Below, piece after piece: positions 18,601 to 28,338 of a stretch of DNA of 64,000 nt; position 1 is the stretch's first letter; every line of letters starts with the position of its first letter. A model generated the notes under the pieces. It saw only the letters and a list, made by a program, of their open reading frames with translations. It was not told the origin of the DNA and did not search any database. This DNA is from a bacterium (GTDB lineage Bacteria > Patescibacteriota > Microgenomatia > UBA1400 > PJMF01). The stretch covers positions 1,130-65,129 of the forward strand of contig JAQBYG010000002.1 of NCBI GenBank assembly GCA_027620445.1. The letters run 5' to 3'. A program made the position numbers and the translations under genes.

Positions 18601-19780
18601 TACTGTGCCACTCGCAGACATTCTTCGACCAACAAGCTTAGCTGAGTACCTTGGACAAAGCCACCTCGTCGGTCCAGGCAAACCCATCACCGAAGCTCTC
18701 AAAAAGGAACAGATGTTCTCGATGGTTTTCTGGGGTCCGCCTGGTGTCGGTAAAACAACGCTCGCTCGTATCATTGCCAGAGAGCAGCGTCGCGAGTTCT
18801 TTGAGCTCTCAGCTGTGTCTGCGGGGAAAGCTGACATACGAGAAATAATCGAGAACGAGCGGAAACAAAAACGATTCGACCAGCCAACCCTGTCACCGGT
18901 GTTATTTCTAGATGAAATTCACCGATTTAACAAAGCCCAACAAGATTTCTTACTGCCGTACGTAGAAACAGGTGAGTTGCTACTCATTGGCGCTACGACC
19001 GAAAATCCTAGTTTCGAAATTATCTCTGCCTTACTTTCGAGAACTAAAGTCTATATTTTAGAGCAGCTAACAGAAAGTGAGCTCAGACAAGTACTCAAGC
19101 GTGCGCAGGAGTACTGGAAGAAAACTGAGGGCAAGACAACAGCCATCGACAAGAAAACTGCTGATTGGCTGATTCAATTTGCCTCGGGCGACGCACGTAA
19201 ATTGCTCAATACGGTTGAGCATACTAAGGCAATTTATGATGCCATCAACATCGAGACTATAAAAACGAGTTTGCAAACCGCTACCCTTCGCTACGATAAA
19301 GCTGGAGAAGAACACTACGACACAATCAGCGCATTTATTAAATCGATGCGAGCAAGCAATGCCGATGCCGCTTTGTACTACTTAGCTCGCATGGTTCACG
19401 CCGGTGAGGATCCCAAGTTTATTGCCCGGAGGATGGTGATTTTTGCGAGTGAGGACATCGGACTAGCGGCACCTACTGCATTAGTCGTTGCCAACGCCGT
19501 CTTTCGTGCTGTGGAGTCGATCGGCTATCCAGAGGCACAAATCAATCTCGCCCACGGTGTCGCCTACCTCAGCAACTGTAAAAAGAACCGCTCGGCATAC
19601 GACGCATACTTTCGAGCGCTCGAGGATGTCAAGACACTCAGCAATCTCCCCATCCCGCTCAAGCTCAGGAACGCGCCAACAAAGCTCATGCAGTCAGCTG
19701 GCTATGGCAAAGGCTATAGTATGTACACCGATGACGATTTATTGCCAGAAAAACTTGGAAACAAAAAGTACTTCTCGTAG
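18500..19780 (+). CDS. rarA: Replication-associated recombination protein A (AAA+ ATPase RarA/MgsA)
   Basis: Walker A FWGPPGVGKTTLARIIA, Walker B VLFLDEIHRFNK, and the MgsA C-terminal domain. The true start is probably one of the internal Mets at 18518 or 18533. Confidence 0.85.
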   Translation: MRRRSSMGSQAMVSSASAVPKKRRTQFIKSCYSSTVPLADILRPTSLAEYLGQSHLVGPGKPITEALKKEQMFSMVFWGPPGVGKTTLARIIAREQRREFFELSAVSAGKADIREIIENERKQKRFDQPTLSPVLFLDEIHRFNKAQQDFLLPYVETGELLLIGATTENPSFEIISALLSRTKVYILEQLTESELRQVLKRAQEYWKKTEGKTTAIDKKTADWLIQFASGDARKLLNTVEHTKAIYDAINIETIKTSLQTATLRYDKAGEEHYDTISAFIKSMRASNADAALYYLARMVHAGEDPKFIARRMVIFASEDIGLAAPTALVVANAVFRAVESIGYPEAQINLAHGVAYLSNCKKNRSAYDAYFRALEDVKTLSNLPIPLKLRNAPTKLMQSAGYGKGYSMYTDDDLLPEKLGNKKYFS

Positions 19781-19821
19781 GCTGCTACAGTTCCTGTCAG
19801 AATCATTCGTAAACTTAAGTA

Positions 19822-21282
19822 GTGACTCCACAAGAAGCGCTGCAGTACTATTTTGGCCTTACAACATTCCGAGCACCTCAAGCAGAAATCATTCAGAGCA
19901 TTCTGTCTGGAAGTGACACGCTCGCGCTACTACCGACCGGAAGCGGCAAATCGCTCTGCTTTCAAATTCCTGCCTTGCTCTTACCACATCTGACCGTTGT
20001 CATATCGCCTCTAATTGCTTTGATGGAAGACCAAGTTGCCCATCTACAAGAGCGGGGGATTGCAGCAACATTTCTCTCGAGTCAACTCAGTACTGAGGAA
20101 CAAAGAACGCGATTAGATGAGGTGGCAGGGGGGAAGTGGAAGCTCTTATACTGCACACCAGAGCGTCTGCAACAAAAAGTTTTTCAAAATGTATTGGCAA
20201 GCTGTGGCATTTCTCAACTTGTAGTTGATGAAGCCCACTGCATCAGTGAGTGGGGACATGATTTCAGACCAGAGTATCGCATGATTCCAGAGGCGATTTC
20301 CTTTTGCAAAGTAAGACCAGTAGTGTCTGCATTCACTGCCACTGCAACCAAAAAAACGGTGGCTGATATTACCCAAAGTTTGCAGCAGGTCACTCCAAGA
20401 ATATTCTCACTGCCACCAATCAGAACAAACATCATGCTCAATGTGCTGCCGTGTGAGAACAAAACAGAAAAGTTGCTCCAGCTCATGCGATTGTTGCAAA
20501 GACATGGAGGAGAAACTGGAATAATCTATGTTGCTACGAGAGCAGCAACGTGGGAAGTGCTAGCCGAGCTCCAAGAAGTGCTTCCTTCCCAGGCAAAGAA
20601 CATGACAAACTACCATGGTGGGATGGAGTTCGATGAGCGAGCAAAAAAGCAGCAGATGTATATGAGTGGAAAAGTGCGGTTACTCATCGCCACAACTGCA
20701 TTTGGGATGGGAATTGATAAGACAAACGTGCGCTTTGTTATTCACTACCATCCCCCAGCGAGTATCGAACAGTACTATCAGGAAGTTGGCAGAGCAGGGC
20801 GCGACGGCAATCCATCTTTTGCCTATACGCTCCTCAGACAAAAAGATTTCAAAGTACTCGTGCAGATTCATCTTGCAAACAAAAGTGGTGAGTTGCTCGA
20901 ACATACACGGTGGAAGTTGCATCAGGTCATTCGACTATTGTACGGACAGAGTTGCAGCACAAAGAAGATTGCAAGGTACTTCTCACAGCCAGCACCGACA
21001 TCTTGCAACACTTGCGACCGTTGTGCAAAAAAATATCGGCAGGATCCTCTCCTGAGAACACTGGCAGAGAAGCGAACGAAAGAGCAGATACAAAAATTAC
21101 TGAAATGGAGAAGAGAGACAGGCAAGACGGAAGAGCAATATCAAATTGCCACAGATTTCCAACTGATGCTACTAGCACATTGTCAACCAAAAACCATCGA
21201 TGCATGCTGCAAGCTGCCTGGCTTTGGCAAAGGTTGGTGCGAACAGTTTTGGCAGACAATCCAGGCATACATGGTACAATAA
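19822..21282 (+). CDS. recQ: ATP-dependent DNA helicase RecQ (short form, no HRDC domain)
   Basis: Helicase motifs ([37 protein letters not shown]) and a Cys4 zinc motif (CSTKK...CNTCDRC). Confidence 0.85.
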   Translation: MTPQEALQYYFGLTTFRAPQAEIIQSILSGSDTLALLPTGSGKSLCFQIPALLLPHLTVVISPLIALMEDQVAHLQERGIAATFLSSQLSTEEQRTRLDEVAGGKWKLLYCTPERLQQKVFQNVLASCGISQLVVDEAHCISEWGHDFRPEYRMIPEAISFCKVRPVVSAFTATATKKTVADITQSLQQVTPRIFSLPPIRTNIMLNVLPCENKTEKLLQLMRLLQRHGGETGIIYVATRAATWEVLAELQEVLPSQAKNMTNYHGGMEFDERAKKQQMYMSGKVRLLIATTAFGMGIDKTNVRFVIHYHPPASIEQYYQEVGRAGRDGNPSFAYTLLRQKDFKVLVQIHLANKSGELLEHTRWKLHQVIRLLYGQSCSTKKIARYFSQPAPTSCNTCDRCAKKYRQDPLLRTLAEKRTKEQIQKLLKWRRETGKTEEQYQIATDFQLMLLAHCQPKTIDACCKLPGFGKGWCEQFWQTIQAYMVQ

Positions 21283-21288
21283 ACGCTT

Positions 21289-21621
21289 ATGTCAATGTCA
21301 ATACAAAAACTAACTGAGGAGTATCAAGTTATTGCCGATATTCTCAACAAGCTCTGGCCGCTCAAAAATAAACAACACAGAACGTTTGCTAGAACAATGA
21401 AGGTCGTCGAAGAGCTTGGTGAACTCTCAGATGAAATCCTAACCAGCATGAATATCCAGCGAAACAGTAAGATCGCAAAGTTCTCTCATCAAAATGTGGA
21501 AGATGAGTTTGCAGACGTCCTTGGGTCTTTGGTTCTGTTGGCAATTGAGCTCGAAATTGATATAGAAGAAGTGATGAAGCGAAAAATTTTATACACACAC
21601 AAGCGCTTGCTCAACGAATAA
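21289..21621 (+). CDS. MazG-like nucleotide pyrophosphohydrolase
   Basis: EELGELSDEIL...EDEFADVLGSLVLLA EExxE/D motifs of the all-alpha NTP-PPase fold. Confidence 0.65.
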   Translation: MSMSIQKLTEEYQVIADILNKLWPLKNKQHRTFARTMKVVEELGELSDEILTSMNIQRNSKIAKFSHQNVEDEFADVLGSLVLLAIELEIDIEEVMKRKILYTHKRLLNE

Positions 21622-21623
21622 CT

Positions 21624-23426
21624 TTACAATTTACAGTGTTGATATAACTTTCCATTTCGAAAGTGCCGTTTTTTATAGTATTCTTTTGTACCAATGGCTG
21701 AAATTACAGCCAGATTTTTGTATCCATGTTCAGTAGCAACTTTTTTTGCTTCTTCTAACAGCTCGCTGCCCAACCCAATGTGTTGAGATTTTCCAGTATT
21801 TTTCTCTCCCATAGAAACCAGCTGACCATACACATGTAGTTCGCGAATAACTGCTGAGCTGCCAAGCTCGGTAATAAAAGATGGGTCTTCTGGCAGAGAT
21901 AATCGCAAAAATGCGGCGATCTTGTTTTCCTTAGTAACATGCTGCATGAAGACTTCTATGCCAACACTCGTTTTATAGCACAACGTTTTCAGCACTACTT
22001 CTTCTCGTTTCACAGAATTTTCACGAATTTCACGAGCTCTAATGTCCGACTGGATTAAACTCTTTTCCTCAACAGAGCGTGTCGCAATTTCACGAAAGTT
22101 GGTTTTCTTGTTTCCCACCACAATATCCTGGGATGGGATGTCCCTGATTACCCGAGTCAGACGAGAGTACTCCGGGGTATGCGTGAGCGCGTGTGCAACT
22201 ACACTCAGGAGTTCGCTATCTGAGTAGGGCTTCCACAAACCTTGCTTGTGATACTTCGAAAGCTCCGCACTGCTTACGAGAGAACAAGGATACACCTTCA
22301 GTTCGTCAGGACAAAAATCTGGGTCTGAAAATAATTGATCAAAGTCTTCGATATCTTGCTCAACAGATGAACCATACAAATTTGCCATCCAGTGCGCGTG
22401 AATCTTGAACCCTGCTGAGCGGAGCAAACGAAATGCCCTGCGTGTTGCTGCGACATCGTGACCACGATTGTTTTTCTTCAGCACCGAGTCTTGCAGTGAC
22501 TGCACGCCAATTTGTGTCTTGGTACAACCAAGTCTGCGCACTCGAATTACCTCCTCCTCAGAGATTGAGTCTGGTCTCGTCTCGATTACCAAACCAACGT
22601 TTCTGATCTCTGCCGTTTCATTTAGTTTTTGTTCTCGTTCTAACTCTTCCCAGCTCGCTGTTTGGTATACATCGAATCCACCAATTTTCTCTGGGGCTAC
22701 ATAGAGTTCAGAGACGGTTTTGTTGTAGGACTTTTTCAGATCTGCCCCGTCGATCTCAAACTTTTTGAACTCCAATTTATTTTTCTTTGGATCAGAGCTC
22801 AGTGCAGTTCGTAACTTCGACTCTAAGTTTTTGTACTGCTCTAGGACTGCTGAGGATGTGTCCGTCCCAACAGAAAATTCATTGAGTGCGCGGAAACACT
22901 CTTTGATAAACCAAATCTGATACTGTTCTGGATAAAAAGACCAGGTTCCCCCCAAAATAATCAACTCCGCTTTGGAAACATCATGACCAATTGTTTTAAG
23001 AGCGGTTAGACGACTGTAGGTCTGTAAATACGGGTCAAAATAATTGCGTTCAGCTCGCTGTGCACCTGGCTCGTCTGCCAAGTAGCTCTTTGGCATACGC
23101 ACATCATTGGGACAAAAAATACACTTGCCTGGACAGGGAAATGGTTTCGTCAAAACAGTGATCGGAGCCACACCAGACATCGTGCGAGTCGGTTTTTTGA
23201 GCAACAGTGAAAACATGCTTTTTGAAGCCACCAACTCGTCATTGTCTATCAAGAAATGTTTGTAGCCCGCTAATATTTCTGACTGAGAAAATACTCCACC
23301 GTTCTGCTTTGTGAACTTTTTTTTGTACTTTTCAATTTGTAGCCTGTTGAGATTACTATCAGCAAGCAAAACCGCGAGTAATCGAGAAAGTTGCTCTGCT
23401 TCGCTGGTATACTGTGTTCCTGGCAT
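21624..23426 (-). CDS. Elp3-like radical-SAM / GNAT acetyltransferase (tRNA wobble-uridine carboxymethylation family)
   Basis: Radical-SAM Cys cluster (PFPCPGKCIFCPND), about 600 aa. The C-terminal GNAT fold (LGSELLEEAKKVATEHGYKNLAVISAIG) matches the Elp3 architecture. Confidence 0.65.
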   Translation of the reverse strand: MPGTQYTSEAEQLSRLLAVLLADSNLNRLQIEKYKKKFTKQNGGVFSQSEILAGYKHFLIDNDELVASKSMFSLLLKKPTRTMSGVAPITVLTKPFPCPGKCIFCPNDVRMPKSYLADEPGAQRAERNYFDPYLQTYSRLTALKTIGHDVSKAELIILGGTWSFYPEQYQIWFIKECFRALNEFSVGTDTSSAVLEQYKNLESKLRTALSSDPKKNKLEFKKFEIDGADLKKSYNKTVSELYVAPEKIGGFDVYQTASWEELEREQKLNETAEIRNVGLVIETRPDSISEEEVIRVRRLGCTKTQIGVQSLQDSVLKKNNRGHDVAATRRAFRLLRSAGFKIHAHWMANLYGSSVEQDIEDFDQLFSDPDFCPDELKVYPCSLVSSAELSKYHKQGLWKPYSDSELLSVVAHALTHTPEYSRLTRVIRDIPSQDIVVGNKKTNFREIATRSVEEKSLIQSDIRAREIRENSVKREEVVLKTLCYKTSVGIEVFMQHVTKENKIAAFLRLSLPEDPSFITELGSSAVIRELHVYGQLVSMGEKNTGKSQHIGLGSELLEEAKKVATEHGYKNLAVISAIGTKEYYKKRHFRNGKLYQHCKL

Positions 23427-23461
23427 GCGGAGTATTATATCTCGGATAAGGTCATCTCCCT

Positions 23462-24211
23462 ATGGACGACAAAACGATCACACGATTGGCTAACATCACC
23501 ACAAGTTTTTATACGAAGACAGCCAAAGACTTCAGTGCCTCACGCAGCATGCCGTGGGAAGGGTGGGAGCAACTTGTACCCGCAATCTCCAAGATTAGAA
23601 CTAGACCTGTTCGTGTACTAGATATTGCTTGTGGCAATGGAAGATTTGCCCACTTTCTTTCACAAAAGTGCCCAAACACTCCCTTTGAGTATGTAGGGAT
23701 TGATAATAACGACGAGTTGCTGCGCGACGCAAAAAAGCAAAAAGTTGGCGACAATATCACCACAGCTTTTCATAGCACAGATATCATCAGAAAGCTGCAA
23801 CAGGCAGAAAAACTGATTGCTAGTGAGCGGCCATTTGACCTTGTCGTTGCTTTCGGTTTCTTACATCATGTTCCTAGTACCAAGCTGCGAGAACAGCTTT
23901 TTCTCTCAATGGCCGAGCAGGGTACAGATACTAGCTACTTCGTGGTCACTTTTTGGGATTTTATTTCCTCCCAACGTCTCGAAAAAAAACAAGTTGATCC
24001 GAGCATTCTTGGAATCGATCACACCAAGCTTGAGGTCGGCGACTATATTCTTGATTGGCAACGCGGCACAGCAGCACTCAGATACGCCAACCACACAATG
24101 CCAAAAGAGCGCTATCACTTGGCAAAACAATCTGGACTGAAGTTGGTTGACGAATTTCGTGCAGACGGCAAAGAGCATAATCTCAACCATTACCTTGTCT
24201 TACAAAAATAA
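23462..24211 (+). CDS. Class I SAM-dependent methyltransferase
   Basis: VLDIACGNGRFAHFL motif I and DLVVAFGFLHHV motif. Transcribed divergently 35 bp from the Elp3-like gene. Confidence 0.65.
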   Translation: MDDKTITRLANITTSFYTKTAKDFSASRSMPWEGWEQLVPAISKIRTRPVRVLDIACGNGRFAHFLSQKCPNTPFEYVGIDNNDELLRDAKKQKVGDNITTAFHSTDIIRKLQQAEKLIASERPFDLVVAFGFLHHVPSTKLREQLFLSMAEQGTDTSYFVVTFWDFISSQRLEKKQVDPSILGIDHTKLEVGDYILDWQRGTAALRYANHTMPKERYHLAKQSGLKLVDEFRADGKEHNLNHYLVLQK

Positions 24212-24232
24212 CGCGGTACTATACTACTCAAG

Positions 24233-25780
24233 ATGCGACTCGTGCTCTCACTACTACTCGTTTCACTTTCTATCATCGGAATTGCTGACTCAGGGTATAT
24301 CAGCTGGAACGAATGGCAACAAATTATTCCAGAATGCGGTGCTGGTTTTGATTGTGGCACAGTCCTCTCTAGCCAATGGGCGCGCATCGGACCAGTGCCG
24401 CTCGCTTACATCGGGCTCATCTATTACATAACAGCATTTGCGCTCAGCATCCTCCATGTTGTCGATTTAGAAGCTGGATCAATCACAAAAAAATTACAAC
24501 GCTTCAAAGCAACCCCAATAGAGCTTCTCTGGTTGCTCACCCTCTTTGGTTTTGTTTTTTCGCTGTATTTAATTTGGATCATGGCATTTGCGATAGGAGA
24601 GTGGTGTAAGTACTGTCTCATTTCGGCGGCGACCTCTTCCAGTCTTTTCTTGCTTTCGAGCATATATCTCAAAACTACTCTCAAACATCCGGCATACTGC
24701 ATCCGCACCCTCCTACAAAAAAAGTTCGGTTTTCTGTATCGACATATTGTTAAACCTATCTTCTTTCTGTTTGATGCGGAGTTTATTCATACCAGCATGC
24801 TCAAGACTGGTGAGTCTCTAGGAAAATCAGCTATAGGAAAAACACTTCTGCGACACTGTTTCTCCGTGCAACACCAGAGTCTGCAAACGACAAAAGCAGG
24901 CATATCGTTCCCGAATAAAGTCGGTCTCTCAGCGGGCTTCGATTACAACGGACAACTCACTGGGATTTTACCTTCAGTTGGCTTTGGTTGGCACACCATC
25001 GGAACGGTGACACTGGAACCGTACGAGGGCAACAAAAAACCACGTCTCGGAAGGTTCCCCAACTCCAAAGCATTGCTGGTAAACAAAGGTCTTAAAAACC
25101 TAGGCGCTCGAAGAATCATCGCTAATCTCGAGAATCAGCACTTTGCAATCCCCACGGGCATCAGCATCGCCAGTACTAACAAACACTTTGACTCAACCAA
25201 ACAGCAGATGCTCGATATCGTTGAGTGCTTTTGGCTCTTTGATCACTCTCGAGTTGGCCATGCCTTCTATGAAATGAACATCAGCTGCCCCAACACCTTT
25301 GAGGGCGAGCCATTCACCACACCTGATCGGCTGGAGTTGTTGCTATCAGCATTAGATCAACTGCAACTGTCAAAACCGGTATTCGTAAAAATGCTGATTG
25401 ATCAAGGAGAGCAAGAAACGAGAGCCCTTCTCACTGTGACTGCCAAACATAACACGGCCGGCGTTATTTTCGGCAACCTCACCAAAAATAAAGAAAGCTC
25501 TGTCATGACTGCGGAGGATCGAGAGCAATGGAAAAAGATGCGCGGCAATATCAGTGGCAAACCAACTTGGGAACAATCGAACAAGCATATCGCACTCACT
25601 AAAAAAGAATTTGGCAATCGCTTTGTCATTATTGGCACTGGTGGAATATTTTCTGCCGCAGATGCGGCCGAAAAAATTCGCTTAGGCGCTGATCTCGTCC
25701 AGCTTATCACCGGGATGGTTTTCCAAGGACCCCAACTTATCGGTGAAATCAATTTGGACCAATGCTACAATACCCGTTGA
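24233..25780 (+). CDS. Fusion protein: N-terminal VKOR (vitamin K epoxide reductase) membrane domain + class-2-like dihydroorotate dehydrogenase
   Basis: VKOR hallmarks: loop Cys pair ECGAGFDCG, TM helices and CXXC (GEWCKYC). DHODH hallmarks: IGTVTLEPYEGNKKPRLGRF, NKGLKNLG, MNISCPNT (a Cys where class 2 has Ser) and GTGGIFSAADAAEKIRLGADLVQLITGMVFQGP. Confidence 0.75.
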   Translation: MRLVLSLLLVSLSIIGIADSGYISWNEWQQIIPECGAGFDCGTVLSSQWARIGPVPLAYIGLIYYITAFALSILHVVDLEAGSITKKLQRFKATPIELLWLLTLFGFVFSLYLIWIMAFAIGEWCKYCLISAATSSSLFLLSSIYLKTTLKHPAYCIRTLLQKKFGFLYRHIVKPIFFLFDAEFIHTSMLKTGESLGKSAIGKTLLRHCFSVQHQSLQTTKAGISFPNKVGLSAGFDYNGQLTGILPSVGFGWHTIGTVTLEPYEGNKKPRLGRFPNSKALLVNKGLKNLGARRIIANLENQHFAIPTGISIASTNKHFDSTKQQMLDIVECFWLFDHSRVGHAFYEMNISCPNTFEGEPFTTPDRLELLLSALDQLQLSKPVFVKMLIDQGEQETRALLTVTAKHNTAGVIFGNLTKNKESSVMTAEDREQWKKMRGNISGKPTWEQSNKHIALTKKEFGNRFVIIGTGGIFSAADAAEKIRLGADLVQLITGMVFQGPQLIGEINLDQCYNTR

Positions 25781-25782
25781 GT

Positions 25783-25853
25783 TGCCCGATCGTCCAATGG
25801 CAGGACAGCGGCCTTTGAAGCCGTCAATCTTGGTTCGAATCCAAGTCGGGCAT
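25783..25853 (+). tRNA. tRNA-Gln (anticodon UUG)
   Basis: U1-A72 acceptor pair typical of bacterial tRNA-Gln, anticodon loop CUUUGAA, T-loop UUCGAAU. Confidence 0.8.
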
Positions 25854-25876
25854 CAATAGCTGCTATAATTTTCCAT

Positions 25877-26452
25877 ATGAAAAACGCAATCATCTTACAC
25901 GGGGGACCGAGCAAAGATGAGTACTATGATCCAACAATGCCGAGTATGAGCAATGCTCATTGGATTCCTTGGCTGCAAGCTCAATTACTCAAAAAAGATA
26001 TTCCGACAGCAACTCCGGAAATTCCAAATGCCTATGATAGAAATTGGCTGGTATGGAGCAGAGAAGTTGAAAGATTTGATATTACAAAAGAAACAATGTT
26101 AATAGGCCACAGCACTGGCGCAGGATTTTTTATCAAGTACCTTTCCATTCATCCAGAGTTACAAGTAGGTAGAGTTATCTTGGTTGCTCCGTGGTTAGAC
26201 CCAGATAGGACTAAGACAGTTAATTTTTTCGACGACTTTGAAATTGACTCTGAATTAGTAAAAAGGACAAATGGTATTACGGTTTGGTACTCAGATAATG
26301 ACGAGGAAAGTGTTTTAAAAACTGCTGAACTCATTAAAAAAAAGACCTCGGGCATTCAATACAAAGAATTTCATAACTATGGTCATTTTTGTATTGGTGA
26401 TTTAAAGAGCAATGAATTTCCTGAATTATTAGAGCTAATTACAGAAGAATAA
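25877..26452 (+). CDS. Alpha/beta serine hydrolase (RBBP9/YdeN-like)
   Basis: IILHGGPS...GHSTGAGF nucleophile elbow; 191 aa. Lies in a low-GC segment. Confidence 0.55.
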   Translation: MKNAIILHGGPSKDEYYDPTMPSMSNAHWIPWLQAQLLKKDIPTATPEIPNAYDRNWLVWSREVERFDITKETMLIGHSTGAGFFIKYLSIHPELQVGRVILVAPWLDPDRTKTVNFFDDFEIDSELVKRTNGITVWYSDNDEESVLKTAELIKKKTSGIQYKEFHNYGHFCIGDLKSNEFPELLELITEE

Positions 26453-26454
26453 CT

Positions 26455-26895
26455 ATGATAAATGAATTTCCTGCAAAAAACACATTGCTTTTAGAATTAC
26501 ATGTTCCAAGCTTTGAAATAACTAAGGAGTTTTATGAGAACCTAGGCTTCAAAGTTGTGTGGGCACGAAATCCAGAAGGTTTTAAAGGATACTTGGTAAT
26601 GAGTCTTGAAGATAATATTTTATGTTTTTGGGCTGGAAATGAAAATGTATATGAACAAGATTATTTCAAAAAATGGGATAAAAATACAAAGAGAGGTTAT
26701 GGAGTCGAAATCGTTTTAATGGTTGAAGATATTGCTAAATTTTACAATGAAGTTAAATCAAGAATTGAAATATTTGAAAAATTGCAAAAAAGACCATGGG
26801 GATTAGAAGATTTTAGAATTGAAGATCCGTTTGGTTATTATTTACGCTTTACATCTAGGCATAATATGTTTGATGATAAGTATGCTGTAAGCTAA
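26455..26895 (+). CDS. VOC (glyoxalase/bleomycin resistance-like) family protein
   Basis: Size and betaalpha-beta-beta-beta pattern. Very AT-rich. Confidence 0.45.
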   Translation: MINEFPAKNTLLLELHVPSFEITKEFYENLGFKVVWARNPEGFKGYLVMSLEDNILCFWAGNENVYEQDYFKKWDKNTKRGYGVEIVLMVEDIAKFYNEVKSRIEIFEKLQKRPWGLEDFRIEDPFGYYLRFTSRHNMFDDKYAVS

Positions 26896-26974
26896 TATTA
26901 GTTCCCACATAGTACAACCACGCCATCAACGATAATTCCTCAAGGTGAACTTTAATCTGATATGATTTGCTGAT

Positions 26975-27667
26975 ATGAAAAATTGGGAAGACTTCAAAAA
27001 AGATGGGGCAAAATTCTCTCCTACTGAAGAATTAGGATTAAGTTTTTTTAAGCCTCAACACCGAAGAATTTTGAGTGTAGGAATTAGCACGGCAGGGTTT
27101 GCAGAAATTAGAATTGCTTTAGAAGATTCGTCAAGAAGTATAGTTGCGACTACACTAGATGTAGAAGGCATTGAATTCTCAAGAGATTTGGTTAAAAAAT
27201 ACAGTTTAGAAAATCAAATTGAGCTAAAAATTGAAGACATCGCTTCTGATTTACCTTATGAAACTGAGTCATTTGATTTCGTGTATGCAAGATTAGTTTT
27301 ACATTACCTGCCAAAAGATCGATTAAAAAAAGCATTAAAAAGTATCTTTGGTTTGTTAAAAGATGGTGGTGAGCTTTTTATTGTAGTTAGGTCATACGAT
27401 TGGGAATCAGAGATAATTGGGGCTTCGTATGATGAAGAGTCTTGTCTAACCACGTATCCAACCTACGATTCAAATAACAAGATTATTAAAACTTCTACAA
27501 GACACCTTCAGACTGTTGGAAGTATTTCCTCTTATTTAAAAAAATCTGACTTTTCGATCAATTCAGTGAAGTTAATTTCAGAAACTATTTATAGTGGGTA
27601 CGAAAGAATTGCTGAGCAGGAAAATAGACTCCCAGCCAATTTGATTGCTGTTCATGCTAGTAGGTAA
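26975..27667 (+). CDS. Class I SAM-dependent methyltransferase
   Basis: ILSVGISTAGF motif I-like and FDFVYARLVLHYL motif. AT-rich. Confidence 0.5.
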   Translation: MKNWEDFKKDGAKFSPTEELGLSFFKPQHRRILSVGISTAGFAEIRIALEDSSRSIVATTLDVEGIEFSRDLVKKYSLENQIELKIEDIASDLPYETESFDFVYARLVLHYLPKDRLKKALKSIFGLLKDGGELFIVVRSYDWESEIIGASYDEESCLTTYPTYDSNNKIIKTSTRHLQTVGSISSYLKKSDFSINSVKLISETIYSGYERIAEQENRLPANLIAVHASR

Positions 27668-27759
27668 ACTTGTTCTCATATAGAACAATCTGCCATCAAT
27701 TTCTCTGCTATACTTTTGTGAATGAAAATCATTCTAAGTGCGCTTGAGCTGGATGAGAT

Positions 27760-28338
27760 ATGAACAAACACCTCCAGGTCGCCGACTTAGTCAAACAAGC
27801 CTACGAACAATCAGAACAAGCATTTGCGCACTGGATGTGGGAAAACCACGTTCCTCTTGTCGCGAAAAAATCAGAAGAGTTGGCACAAAAGTATGGAGCA
27901 AATGAAGATCAAGTTGTTGCCGGTGCTTGACTACATGACTTTGGCGATGCATTTGTACACAGACATTCGTCTGAGCATAATGCAGTTTCTAAAGTAGAAG
28001 CTACTAAAATATTGACTCAATCTGAATACTCTGACGACGAAATTACGAGGGTTCTGGAAGAAGTTATCTTGCCTCACTCTTGCAAAGAAGGGACTTTGCC
28101 GCAATCGTTAGAAGGACAAATACTTGCTACGGCTGATGCAATAGTGCATCTTTCAACAGATTTTTATCTACAATTCGCATGGATGCATTTGCCTGAGGGC
28201 AAGAATTACGCTGAATTTCTTTTATGGGTCCAAGAAAAATTAGATCGAGATTTCAAAACCAAGATTTTTTTTGATGAGGTCAGAGAAGAGTACCGACATA
28301 AATATGATGCGTTGAAACAGGTTTTTGTGAAGAAATAA
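27760..28338 (+). pseudogene. HD-domain phosphohydrolase interrupted by an in-frame TGA (codon 57)
   Basis: A single frame reads MNKHLQV...NHVPLVAKK...VVAGA*LHDFGDAF...ATADAIVHLS.... The stop falls 1 residue before the conserved HD dyad. The ATG at 27760, the TGA at 27928-27930 and ORF 28012..28338 are all in the same frame. Confidence 0.55.

Noticed and set aside
27928-27930. Alternative genetic code (TGA read as Gly or Trp, as in some candidate phyla)
   Set aside because: Essentially all other genes are intact long ORFs under the standard code with TGA used as a stop (for example ATGA overlaps at uvrB/uvrA and eno/gpmI). This isolated internal TGA is better explained as a lesion or a read error.
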